DNA of 63,982 nt, filler included, from an uncultured Clostridia bacterium (GTDB lineage Bacteria; Aerophobota; Aerophobia; Aerophobales; B3-G15), in the NCBI GenBank assembly GCA_964482715.1. It is 4 parts of 4 records of this genome, joined end to end, with 100 filler letters (N's around TTAATTAATTAA, not from the genome) between each part and the next. Parts side by side here need not be neighbours in the genome. Positions count along the whole stretch, not along the records: positions 1 to 17,648 come from CAYZYX010000034.1; positions 17,749 to 35,259 come from CAYZYX010000035.1; 2 more parts are not named here. One strand, given 5' to 3'. The stretch's first letter is position 1, and the number at the start of each line of letters is the position of its first letter. The notes beneath the pieces were generated by a model. That model ran no database searches. It had not been told where the DNA came from and saw nothing but the letters and a program-made list of their open reading frames with translations. Positions 10,298 through 21,209 of this stretch are shown here, in pieces. The position numbers were made by a program, and so were the translations under genes.

Positions 10298-11052
10298 TTT
10301 CTTCTTTCTCCAAAGTAAGCTTCAATTACAGTTTTTTCCTCTTTTATTTTTTCCGGAGACCCCTCGGTTATTTTTTTTCCTCTATCCAGAACGATTATTC
10401 TCTGGGCCAAGTCCATGAGCATAGATATATCATGTTCAATAATAAATATAGTTACTCCCTTTGAATGGATCTTTTTTATTATCTCAGAGAGAGCTTCAGT
10501 TTCTTTCCTGTTTAATCCAGCTGATGGCTCATCAAGAAGTAAAATTTCAGGTGCGAGAGCAATAGCACGTGCAATACCGAGAAGGCGTTGTTGCCCAAAA
10601 GTTAATGAATCAGCATTTCTTAAAGCAACCTGTGATAAACCCACCAGATGAACATATTCCAGAGCTTTCTCTTTTACAAGCTGCCTGATGGTTTTTGTCT
10701 TTGGTGTGGGAAACAATCCCCTTAAAAGACCGATCTCGTGGCTTTGAGGAATAGCTACTTCAACATTTTCAATAACGCTTAAATGCTTGAAAATCCTCAC
10801 ATTTTGAAATGTTCTCACCAGACCTTTCCTGGTGATAAGATGTGGTGGGAGGTAAGTTATCCTTTCGCCCTTCAGGTATATTTCTCCCTCTACAGGAGTA
10901 AGAAAACCACTTATTATGTTAAATAGAGTAGTTTTTCCTGCTCCATTGGGACCCATTAGTCCAACCAGCTCACCTTGATTTACCTCCAGAGTAACACGAT
11001 TAAGGACTTTCAATCCCCCGAATTGACAGGAGACACTTTTTACCTGTAACAT
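10285..11052 (-). CDS. livG: Branched-chain amino acid-type ABC ATPase LivG
   Basis: GPNGAGKT, RTFQ, LLLDEPSAG, IEHD, VIEAYFG. Confidence 0.87.
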   Translation of the reverse strand: MLQVKSVSCQFGGLKVLNRVTLEVNQGELVGLMGPNGAGKTTLFNIISGFLTPVEGEIYLKGERITYLPPHLITRKGLVRTFQNVRIFKHLSVIENVEVAIPQSHEIGLLRGLFPTPKTKTIRQLVKEKALEYVHLVGLSQVALRNADSLTFGQQRLLGIARAIALAPEILLLDEPSAGLNRKETEALSEIIKKIHSKGVTIFIIEHDISMLMDLAQRIIVLDRGKKITEGSPEKIKEEKTVIEAYFGERRKCLV

Positions 11053-12016
11053 CTGTTCTTTCCTTTCTTTGGCTTAAAATACCTTCCGGGCTAAATATAA
11101 TGAATATAACCAGTATAACTCCAAACAAAGCATCCTGAATATGGGTAATCTGGGTGAGGTCCATAGCGGCAAAGCTACCCAGATTTCTTATTATTTCAGG
11201 TAAAAGACCAATAATAACTGCTCCTGTAACTGCGCCATAGACCGAATACATTCCTCCCACAACTACCATGGTGATAACCTTAATTGAAAGAGTCACACTA
11301 AATTCCCCTGGCTCTATACTACCATAGGAACAGTGAGCAAATAAAGCTCCAGCAAAAGCGGCAATGGTTACAGAAAAAATAAATATTTTTAGTTTTGTTT
11401 TAAATACGTCAATTCCCACGCATTCTGCTGCTTGCTCATCAGAATGTATTGCTCTCAGTCTTTGACCAAAAGGTGAATGGGAGAGTCGATCACATAAGAA
11501 GATGATAAAAAGAGCGCAGGTCCATACGGTATAGTAACGTGTAAGGGGGGAGGCAATCTCCAGGTTACCGAGTCTTATATTGGGAAGATCGTATATTCCT
11601 ATTTCTCCACCCGTAAGGGGATCTGCAGCTTTAAAAAATTCGTAAACAGCAATCCCAATTACCAGTGTAGCCAGAGACAGATAAAAGCTTTTCAATTTCA
11701 GCACAGGATAGCCTACAAATAAACCTATTAGAGCACCAACCATGGTTCCAACCGGAATAGAGAGAAGGGGAGATAAGCCAAGCTTTGTAGCTACTATTGC
11801 AGCCGTGTAAGCACCTACACCAAAAAAAGCGGCATGACCAAGAGATATCTGTCCGGCAAATCCTACAAGAAGCACAAGACTTACCGAGAGCATTATAAAA
11901 AAACCTGTCTGCAACAGGGATTCAACCGAAATGGAAAGGATATGCTCAAAAATAAAAGGTAGAACTATTACACTTCCAATAAAAAATGTCCATCTGAGAA
12001 TAAAAGATTTTTTCAA
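11000..12016 (-). CDS. livM: LivM-type ABC permease
   Basis: GQISLGHAAFFGVGAY, YLSLATL, LTGG. Confidence 0.85.
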   Translation of the reverse strand: MKKSFILRWTFFIGSVIVLPFIFEHILSISVESLLQTGFFIMLSVSLVLLVGFAGQISLGHAAFFGVGAYTAAIVATKLGLSPLLSIPVGTMVGALIGLFVGYPVLKLKSFYLSLATLVIGIAVYEFFKAADPLTGGEIGIYDLPNIRLGNLEIASPLTRYYTVWTCALFIIFLCDRLSHSPFGQRLRAIHSDEQAAECVGIDVFKTKLKIFIFSVTIAAFAGALFAHCSYGSIEPGEFSVTLSIKVITMVVVGGMYSVYGAVTGAVIIGLLPEIIRNLGSFAAMDLTQITHIQDALFGVILVIFIIFSPEGILSQRKERTDVTGKKCLLSIRGIESP

Positions 12017-12870
12017 CTTCTTCCCCCAACAATTCCCTCAGGTCTAAAATAAAGAACCACTATCATAAGCACCGGAGCAATAACGTCTTTATAGGATGAA
12101 GCGACACTTGCCCCCATAGCTTCGGCCAGTCCAATTATAAAACCACCGGCAATAGCACCTGGCATACTTCCCATTCCACCCAGGACTGCTGCGCAGAAAC
12201 CTTTGAGTCCCAGATTAAGGCCACACTCAGAACTGGCATAAAATATAGGCGCGATTAAAGCTCCAATTAAACCTGCTAGTGCTCCTCCTGTAGCAAACGA
12301 GAGTGTCCGCATTTTTTCCGGAGAAATACCAACTATTCTTGCCCCCACAGGGTCCATTGAGCAGGCTCGAAGAGACCTACCCAGCTTTGTTTTCTTCAAA
12401 AAGAGGGTAAGACTCAAAATTGATGCTGCACAAATTACCATAATAAACAGGTATTGAGGATTTATAATGATCCCTGTTGAGATCATAAAAGTCCTGTTCT
12501 CAAAAAATCCGGGGATTCTGAAACTTGTAGGTCCCCACACAAGAGCAGCGATAGACTTGAGGATGATGGAAATAGCTATGGTTATTATGATAAGTGAGGT
12601 TGGAGAAGCGCCACTTGCTGGGGAAAGAGCCAGCTTATCCATGGTAATCCCCACAATAGCTACCAGGAGACCTGATAGAGGAGGAATAAAGAAAAGGGGT
12701 ATCTTTAACGAATAAAGCGTAAATCCGAAAAGGCCACCAAGCATTACAAATTCTCCCTGTGCAAGATTGATTATTCTACTTGCGCTAAAGATCAAAGAAA
12801 ATCCAATTGCAATAACCGCATAAATGCTTGCCCATCCAACTCCATGAATTAATATGTCCAGAATCACCAT
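12013..12870 (-). CDS. livH: LivH-type ABC permease
   Basis: IINLAQGEF, KTKLGRSLRA, AAVLGGMGS, RPEG. Confidence 0.85.
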   Translation of the reverse strand: MVILDILIHGVGWASIYAVIAIGFSLIFSASRIINLAQGEFVMLGGLFGFTLYSLKIPLFFIPPLSGLLVAIVGITMDKLALSPASGASPTSLIIITIAISIILKSIAALVWGPTSFRIPGFFENRTFMISTGIIINPQYLFIMVICAASILSLTLFLKKTKLGRSLRACSMDPVGARIVGISPEKMRTLSFATGGALAGLIGALIAPIFYASSECGLNLGLKGFCAAVLGGMGSMPGAIAGGFIIGLAEAMGASVASSYKDVIAPVLMIVVLYFRPEGIVGGRS

Positions 12871-12881
12871 GAAAAACCTTT

Positions 12882-14165
12882 TTATTCCTTTATGTAAATA
12901 ATTCTCTCTGCTTTACCTGGCTTTCTCTCCAACTGTCCTGGTTTGAAAAGGTTACTCTTAATTTTAACCCCAATGCTCTCCCCAATTTTTCTCTCTATTT
13001 CAATTGCGTTTACACCTTGTTCAGCTTCTACATTGAGAAATACGTTTTTGATTCCGTTTTTTTCCTTAACCACAATCTGGTAATGCTCCTTGACTCCGGG
13101 AATAGACATTAAAACTTCCTCTACCTGACTGGGAAAGAAATTGACCCCCTTGTAGATTAACATATCATCAACTCTTCCCTTAATATAATCAATTCGAAGG
13201 TGGGTTCTTCCACAATCGCATTTTTCTCGCGTATTTATCCGGGAGAGATCTCCACTGCGGAACCTCACAAGTGGCATGGCACTACGAGTAAGACAGGTAA
13301 AAACCAGTTCACCTTCTCTACCATCTGGAAGAAGCTCTTCCGTTTGTGGATCAATAACTTCTACAATATACTGATCCTCCCAAACGTGAATACCTGTATG
13401 AGAAGGGCAATCCATTCCTGTAGTTCCCACTCCACCTGTTTCAGTCATACCGTAAATGTCAAATACCTCAATCCCCAATCCCTGAGAAAGCCTTTTTTTC
13501 ATCTCCCGGGAGAAAATTTCGGCACCAAAAAGTCCCTTTTTTAAAGAAGGAATACTCAGATCGTTCTCTTTCATCACTTCCATGATTCTTATTCCATAAG
13601 AAACTACTCCTGTTATAACTTCAGTTTTAAGATCATTAGCTATTTTTATCTGTCTTAGAGTGTTACCGGGGCCTGTAGGAATTACAAATAACCCTGCCTT
13701 TCTTGCTCCATGATAAAATCCAAATCCTCCATTAAAGAGGCCAAAGGAAGGTGTAATTTGAATAACCGCTCCTTCCTGTATTCCAGCCATTCTGTAACAT
13801 CTGGCCATACAGGTAGCCCACTGATCAATGTCTTCCTCAGTATAAGCCATCATGACAGGTTTTCCGGTGAAACCTGAGGACATGTGAATTTCTCTTATCT
13901 TCTTTTTATCCACACACAAATACCCCAAGGGATAATTTTCCCTCAGGGTATTTTTATCCATGAATGGAAGTATCTTTATATCCTCAAGTTTTTTAATCTC
14001 TTCAGGATTTATTCCTTTTGCCTCAAGATTTTTTCTATATACAGGGTTTGACTCATAGAGATATTTGACCACCCTTTGCAGTCTTTTAAGCTGTATCTTC
14101 TCAATTTCCTCCCGGGATAGAGTTTCAATCTCCTTATCCCAGTAGATGTTCTTATCATGGCTCAT
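12882..14165 (-). CDS. paaK: Phenylacetate-CoA ligase family protein
   Basis: SSGxTGKP, YGMTE, RSGD, GRVDDM..KGVNFFPSQVE. Confidence 0.82.
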   Translation of the reverse strand: MSHDKNIYWDKEIETLSREEIEKIQLKRLQRVVKYLYESNPVYRKNLEAKGINPEEIKKLEDIKILPFMDKNTLRENYPLGYLCVDKKKIREIHMSSGFTGKPVMMAYTEEDIDQWATCMARCYRMAGIQEGAVIQITPSFGLFNGGFGFYHGARKAGLFVIPTGPGNTLRQIKIANDLKTEVITGVVSYGIRIMEVMKENDLSIPSLKKGLFGAEIFSREMKKRLSQGLGIEVFDIYGMTETGGVGTTGMDCPSHTGIHVWEDQYIVEVIDPQTEELLPDGREGELVFTCLTRSAMPLVRFRSGDLSRINTREKCDCGRTHLRIDYIKGRVDDMLIYKGVNFFPSQVEEVLMSIPGVKEHYQIVVKEKNGIKNVFLNVEAEQGVNAIEIERKIGESIGVKIKSNLFKPGQLERKPGKAERIIYIKE

Positions 14166-14197
14166 GGTTTGTCTCTCCCTTTAATGCTCATTAGTTT

Positions 14198-15349
14198 TTA
14201 ATACTCAATTAACTTCCATTTTCCATTTTCCACCGTGATCATGACCAGAGAATCCACCCCGAGGCCACAATGGTCATCTTCTGACATATTGTAAACTCCC
14301 GATACCCCAATGTAGCCCTTTGTTTGTTCAATAGCATCTCTTATTTTTGCCGGATCTGTACCGGCCTTTTTTATGGCATTTGCCACCAGCATAAAGGCAT
14401 CCCAGGCATATCCAGAATGGGTGCTTACGGGACCATACTCTTCCTCGTACATTTTAACAAAATTTTGAACTATTTCTCTTTGAAGGTCATCTTCTTTAAG
14501 CTGGTCAGCGACCATGGTTTTGGTTGAAGGCATAACAGTTCCATTAACAGCATCACCTCCCAATTCAAGATAAATGGGGTCTGGTTGACCATGACACTGG
14601 ATTAAGAGTTTATCCGATCCGAGAGATCGAAAGTTTCGAGCTACAGTTGCTCCAGCCGGTCCGATAGTCCAGCAGATTATAGCCCGGGCAGGAGTAGCTA
14701 TGAGTTTTCGCAGCTGGATGGTCATGTCTATATCCTGGGTCCCGAAAGATTCTTCGCCTACTATCTGAATATTTTCCCTCTGAGTCACCTTTTTCAAGTC
14801 ATTTCTTCCCTCTTCTCCAAAAGCATCATTAGAAGTTATTATCGCTACTTTGTCTATCCCTCGTTTTTTCAAATATTGACAGATCTTTTCAACAGCTGTT
14901 ACGGTTTTCTGAGGAGTTTTAAAAACCCACTTTCGAGGAGGCTCAACTGGTGGAGTTCCTCCAACGCAGGCTACAACAGGAACCTGAGCTTTTTCAATTG
15001 CCCTCATCAAAGCCATACAGGTTCCGGTTCGGGTAGGACCTATGACTGCAACTACATTCTCTCTATAGACAAGCCTCTCAAACTCTCTTATAGCAACTGA
15101 GTTTTCCCCCTTGGTATCTCCAAATACGAGCTGGATTTTTTTCCCTTTTATTCCCCCCTGTTTTTCAAAGTATTCTTTTGCCATCAGGGCTACATACTTT
15201 GAGGGAACTCCGATATGTCTTGCCGGACCACTTAGAGCAAAAAGACAGCCGATCTTTATAGACTCATCCTGACCTTCCTGTGACAGAGCCATACCAGAAA
15301 TTGTGCCCATAATAATTCCAAACATGACCAGAAATACTATTTTCTTCAT
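14198..15349 (-). CDS. LivJ/K-type ABC substrate-binding protein
   Basis: Signal peptide; IKIG..LSGPA, VVAVIGP, C-terminal IRDAIE..GVSGVYNMS..DH.GL. Confidence 0.85.
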   Translation of the reverse strand: MKKIVFLVMFGIIMGTISGMALSQEGQDESIKIGCLFALSGPARHIGVPSKYVALMAKEYFEKQGGIKGKKIQLVFGDTKGENSVAIREFERLVYRENVVAVIGPTRTGTCMALMRAIEKAQVPVVACVGGTPPVEPPRKWVFKTPQKTVTAVEKICQYLKKRGIDKVAIITSNDAFGEEGRNDLKKVTQRENIQIVGEESFGTQDIDMTIQLRKLIATPARAIICWTIGPAGATVARNFRSLGSDKLLIQCHGQPDPIYLELGGDAVNGTVMPSTKTMVADQLKEDDLQREIVQNFVKMYEEEYGPVSTHSGYAWDAFMLVANAIKKAGTDPAKIRDAIEQTKGYIGVSGVYNMSEDDHCGLGVDSLVMITVENGKWKLIEY

Positions 15350-15566
15350 ACCTGAATTCCTCCTTTTTTTATTTTTTTATGAGTCAGATTTAATAGAGGC
15401 AAGATCGAGGTGTAGATTAAGGTAAGGTAAAATTAAACAATATAATGTAAGTTTGTTTGAAAATTTAGGCTAAAAAGTTAAAAAATGGTGGGTTTGTGTA
15501 TCCTATACACCTCGACTTTCCTCATCTAATCTTCACTTTCTAAACTATCTCAAAGAACTATTTGTA

Positions 15567-15594
15567 ATTAAAGCATAATTTATCTTTTTGTCAA
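15567..15594 (-). promoter_or_regulatory. Putative sigma70 promoter of the ABC/paaK/iorA operon
   Basis: Minus strand TTGACA-16 bp-TTTAAT, about 215 nt upstream of the ATG at 15349. Confidence 0.45.
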
Positions 15595-15754
15595 GTTTTG
15601 CCGGAGGTATGTCAAAACCTGTGGCGAAAGTTCCATGGGGAAAGCTCCAGCATTATTTTCCTGGCAATAGGCTTCAGGATTTCTCATGCCAAAGCTTATT
15701 CTCTTTAGAAGTTTTACTACCACGTTGCAGCTTTCCACCTTACCATGTAAAACC

Positions 15755-15837
15755 TTCTGTTCGCCAAAAAGAGGCTTCCTTGGAAGGTATCTCGGAAGTC
15801 TAAAGAAAAAGGTACAGGTAAAAACTGTCCCAATGTC
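15755..15837. repeat. Partial, rearranged copy of the 23084-23279 element
   Basis: 15800-15837 is an exact 38-bp reverse complement of 23084-23121; 15755-15781 matches 23235-23261 at 26/27 in direct orientation. Confidence 0.85.
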
Positions 15838-16009
15838 GTCCCTTGATATTTGACACCGGGTAGAGTCTATGGTATCCTGTCCTCAAGCAGGCGTTACCTT
15901 TAAGAGTGTCTTTTGACAGGTCGTCTTTTATGTAAGTGATAAAGGGAGAAGCAATTAGAAAATAAATGTTAAGAACCGATCTTGTTAGTTTTCCTGTGAG
16001 GAAGAGAAA

Positions 16010-16639
16010 ATGTTAAGAAGGGCAACTTTATTGGCAATAATTGGCATTTTTTATTTATTTTTATTGAGAACGATGGGCACATTCCATCAACAGATTTTTC
16101 GTGAAAATTTACCTCTGGTTCAGATTACTAACGTGTTGGCATTTCTTGCTATTTTGACGCTGGTATTTTTCTTTGCTTCCTTTTTAAAAAACTGTCTTGA
16201 TAAAAGGGAGACAGAATTGAGAAATGCCACAGTATTTGTCCTTATAGGCTATATTTTAATGGTAGTTTTATATTTGAAAGAATTATTATTTGTTTTTAAT
16301 GTAGAGGGTATCCTTTACTCAAAACCCTATTTTTTTGAACTTCTTATTCCCCTGGTCAGTTCACTATCACTTTTAGTTTTCTTTATTGTTTTTTACAAAA
16401 ATCCTTTACCAAAAAATGGAAAAAGCATGGAAAAATTCCTTATTTTTCCTGTTGTAGGTGCAGCAATAGATTTGGTTATTCGTTCTTTTATCGTATTAAG
16501 ATACTTGTACCTCACAGATGTCAGATGGTTTACAGATCTACCTGAAAAATTTAAGACAATTGCAACTTTTTTGGCTTTTTTCAGCTTTATCACCATTCTT
16601 TATTTCTTTTCCTATTTTTATAAACATACAGAAAAGTAA
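16010..16639 (+). CDS. Hypothetical membrane protein (about 6 TM, three internal repeats)
   Basis: 209-aa ORF with GAGGA SD; six hydrophobic segments. Confidence 0.7.
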   Translation: MLRRATLLAIIGIFYLFLLRTMGTFHQQIFRENLPLVQITNVLAFLAILTLVFFFASFLKNCLDKRETELRNATVFVLIGYILMVVLYLKELLFVFNVEGILYSKPYFFELLIPLVSSLSLLVFFIVFYKNPLPKNGKSMEKFLIFPVVGAAIDLVIRSFIVLRYLYLTDVRWFTDLPEKFKTIATFLAFFSFITILYFFSYFYKHTEK

Positions 16640-16693
16640 AGAAGAGAAAAAGTCAGTTTTTCCAATTTATCGGAAGAAAGAAAGTAAGTAAAC

Positions 16694-17560
16694 ATAAAAA
16701 TTGTACTAATCGTTTTGGGAGCAATTGCCATTCTAACGGTATCCGTCATCGTCATCGGAACCTTATGTGCAAGAGAGGTTAAAAATGAAGTAGAGGAACT
16801 TTTTAAACAGAACAAAAAAACAAGAATAGCAGCAGAAACAGTTAATGAAGCAGATGTAGAAGGCTTACCCAGACCCCGTTCGGAGGTATTTGGAATACAC
16901 CCAGGTCATAGTTAAAGAGAAAATTAGAACTGTCAGGCTAAAACAGGATGGATATTTTCGAATGAAAAAAGATCAAAAATGGATGCCAATAAAAGCAGAA
17001 CAATATTTCAATGTGGATTCCACTGGGTTTATCTGGATAGCAAAGGTAAATTTTGCTTCTTTGCTGTCAATACACGCAAAAGATGAGTTTATTGATGGTA
17101 AAGGAAGTTTAATTGTAAAGCTGCTTGGATTTGTCAAAGTTGTTGATGCCAGGGGATATGAAGTTGATCAGGGGGAGATTATGAGGTTTCTTGCTGAGTG
17201 CATATGTTTCCTTCAGCATTTTTAAACGACTATATCAAATGGGAAGCTATTGATGACAACTCGGCAAAAGCAACGATTAGTTATAAAGGAACCACTGCTT
17301 CAGCCATTTTTCGTTTTAACCAGAAAGGGGAAATAATAAGAATTACCGCCAAACGATATAGAGAAGTGAATGGAAAGTTTGTGCTTGAAGACTGGGAAGG
17401 CCGGATTTTAGAATATAAGATGTTTAATGACATTATTATTCCAAACAAGGTCAATATTATCTGGAAGTTAGACACTGGAGATTTTTGTTATGACAAAGTT
17501 GAAATTATTGATATTGAATACAATAAATCCACTCTTACCAATTTTAAATCAATAAGATGA
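16694..17560 (+). pseudogene. Frameshifted DUF6544-like protein
   Basis: Three overlapping ORFs join into one plausible protein (LP.PVRRYL...W.PIKAEQYF...DQGEIMRFLAE..FPSA...WEAIDDNSA); frameshifts near 16870 and 17205; apparent start is ATA. Confidence 0.7.
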
Positions 17561-17648
17561 GCTTACCTTAAGGTATCCTGGAATTCTTCCCGAAACTGTA
17601 AAAGTAGACTCTGTCCATCCTGCACCCATATTCAGCTTCAGGATGAGG

Positions 17649-17748
17649 NNNNNNNNNNNNNNNNNNNNNNNNNNNNNNNNNNNNNNNNNNNNTTAATTAA
17701 TTAANNNNNNNNNNNNNNNNNNNNNNNNNNNNNNNNNNNNNNNNNNNN
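17649..17748. other. Artificial contig linker
   Basis: N44-TTAATTAATTAA-N44 (stops in all six frames). Confidence 0.97.
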
Positions 17749-17803
17749 TTAGCGCGCTTGGTTTGGGACCAAGAGGTCGTCGGTTCAAATCCGACCGCCC
17801 CGA
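17749..17803 (+). tRNA. tRNA-Pro(TGG), 5'-truncated by contig start
   Basis: Anticodon arm CTTGG-TTTGGGA-CCAAG; T arm GTCGG-TTCAAAT-CCGAC; 3' acceptor strand CGCCCCG-A. Confidence 0.9.
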
Positions 17804-18137
17804 TCAGATGCAACTTTCGTCAATTCAAGGAAACTTTGTTTATTCACCCCGCCTCGCGAGAGGTGTAAAACCCGCCAAATTGTAGAATTTTATTCAAAAT
17901 AGATTCAAGCAGAATTCAGTAACCCAACTTCCCGAATAGAGGAAGTTGGGTTGAAGAGGCAGATGAATTCGTTGTGCGGGTCAACAAAGGTGAAATAATT
18001 CTTCGGGCCTGGTTGGAAGAAGGTGTAATTTATTACGAACCAAAACTTTTGGAGGAAATAAACTTTAATTCCAAAAATCTGTTCGCATTGAACAACCTAT
18101 CAAATAAAAAAACAGGAAAAGATTAAAAAATCCAGTA

Positions 18138-18179
18138 AAAAATAAAAGGGCAGGATTTAAATCCTGCCCTTTTATTTTT
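18138..18179 (-). terminator. Intrinsic (probably bidirectional) terminator after groEL
   Basis: AAAAATAAAAGGGCAGGATTT/AAATCCTGCCCTTTTATTTTT palindrome about 10 bp after the groEL stop. Confidence 0.85.
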
Positions 18180-18189
18180 AATTTATCTA

Positions 18190-19842
<1,653 letters not shown>

Positions 19843-19863
19843 TTAAAATTTATTCTTCAAAAC

Positions 19864-20130
19864 TTATTCTTCCAAAACCGCTAAAACATCATCTTCACCC
19901 AGAACCAGATATTCCTCGCCGTCCAGTTTAACCTCGGTTCCACCATACTTGGCGAATATAACTATATCGCCTTTTTTTACTCCTTTAAAATCTGGACCAA
20001 CAGCAATAACTTCCCCACGCTGCGGCTTCTCTTTACTTGCCGTCTCGGGAAGGTAAATTCCACCCTCTGTTTTTTCTTCCTGTTTATCCGGTTTTACGAC
20101 AATCCTTTCGCCAAGAGGTTTTATAGTCAT
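19864..20130 (-). CDS. groS: Co-chaperonin GroES
   Basis: [37 protein letters not shown]; start reassigned to ATG 20130 after the GGAGG SD. Confidence 0.97.
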   Translation of the reverse strand: MTIKPLGERIVVKPDKQEEKTEGGIYLPETASKEKPQRGEVIAVGPDFKGVKKGDIVIFAKYGGTEVKLDGEEYLVLGEDDVLAVLEE

Positions 20131-20187
20131 CCTATCTCCTCCTTTCATTTTTCAGTATTTCAATTGTGACTAATTAGTTTATTAAAA

Positions 20188-20215
20188 ATTATATTTGAAT
20201 AAAAGGAGGTGTCAA
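20188..20215 (-). promoter_or_regulatory. sigma70 promoter of groESL
   Basis: Minus strand TTGACA-16 bp-TATAAT. Confidence 0.7.
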
Positions 20216-20243
20216 GACCATTAAGGCTTACAGAAAGAGTATT

Positions 20244-20855
20244 TCAGGGCATTTCTTCGCCTATAACCTTCCTACCCCTCAGGGCATGAGTAAGAGTCAG
20301 CTCATCGGCAAATTCCAGATCTCCACCAGCTGGAAGCCCATGAGCAAGACGCGTAACTTTGATTTTAAAAGGCTGAATCAATTTAGAAATATAAATTGCA
20401 GTAGCTTCCCCTTCAGGGTTTGGGTCAGTGGCCAGGATAATCTCCCTGATATTTCCGTTTTTAATCCGGGAAAGGAGAGATTCAATGGATAGGTCTTCCG
20501 GGTTAATGCCCTTGAGGGGCGAAATCGCTCCTCCAAGAACATGGTAAAGACCCTGATATTCTCTAATCTTTTCAAAAAGAAAAACATCCTGAGGCTCCTC
20601 CACCACACATATAACAGATCTATCTCTTCTCTCATCAGAACAGATAGGACAGGGATCAACTTCAGACAAATTGTTACAAATGGAGCAGGATTTAACTTTT
20701 TCCTTAAGTAACCGGATACTCTCAGCAAGTTGCAAAGCTTCCTCCAGGGGCTGTTTTAATATATAAAAAGCCAGCCTTCGAGCACTTCTCTCACCAATAC
20801 CCGGAAGACGGGTGAAGCAATTTATGAGTCTATCCAGAGATTTAACGTGATACAT
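20244..20855 (-). CDS. recR: Recombination mediator RecR
   Basis: LPGIG.RSA.RLA, C4 zinc finger, YHVLGG.ISP, EGEATA. Confidence 0.97.
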   Translation of the reverse strand: MYHVKSLDRLINCFTRLPGIGERSARRLAFYILKQPLEEALQLAESIRLLKEKVKSCSICNNLSEVDPCPICSDERRDRSVICVVEEPQDVFLFEKIREYQGLYHVLGGAISPLKGINPEDLSIESLLSRIKNGNIREIILATDPNPEGEATAIYISKLIQPFKIKVTRLAHGLPAGGDLEFADELTLTHALRGRKVIGEEMP

Positions 20856-20858
20856 GGT

Positions 20859-21209
20859 TTATAGATTTTGATCAAGCATACCCGGGATACTAAGATCCGA
20901 TAGATCTAATCCCCCCGCTGCTTCCCGTAATTTCTCCCGGATCATCTCCTGCGCTTTTTTCAGAGCATCATTTACCGCTGAAATTAAGAGATCTTGAATT
21001 AGTCCAATATTTTTTTCCTCAAGTAAACTTTTCTCTATTTTTATGTCCACAACTTCCAACCTGCCATTAACCGTAACCTCCACCATCCCGGCACCACTTG
21101 AACCGGTAACTTCTTCTCTTACCAGTTCTTCCTGAACCTCTTTAATCTTTCCCTGAAGTTTTTGAAAATCTTTAAATAGTTTAAAAAAATTGGGAATCAT
21201 CGGTTTCAC
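20859..21209 (-). CDS. ybaB: YbaB/EbfC nucleoid-associated protein
   Basis: GSSGAGMVEVTVNG..QDLLISAVNDA; dnaX-ybaB-recR synteny. Confidence 0.93.
   Translation of the reverse strand: MKPMIPNFFKLFKDFQKLQGKIKEVQEELVREEVTGSSGAGMVEVTVNGRLEVVDIKIEKSLLEEKNIGLIQDLLISAVNDALKKAQEMIREKLREAAGGLDLSDLSIPGMLDQNL

Noticed and set aside
15588-15803. 71-aa ORF in the intergenic region
   Set aside because: TTG start inside a promoter box, no SD, overlaps the repeat, no recognisable motif
17693-17704. Repeated TTAATTAATTAA palindrome (also 35304-35315, 52312-52323)
   Set aside because: Embedded in N runs of fixed length; an artificial six-frame-stop linker
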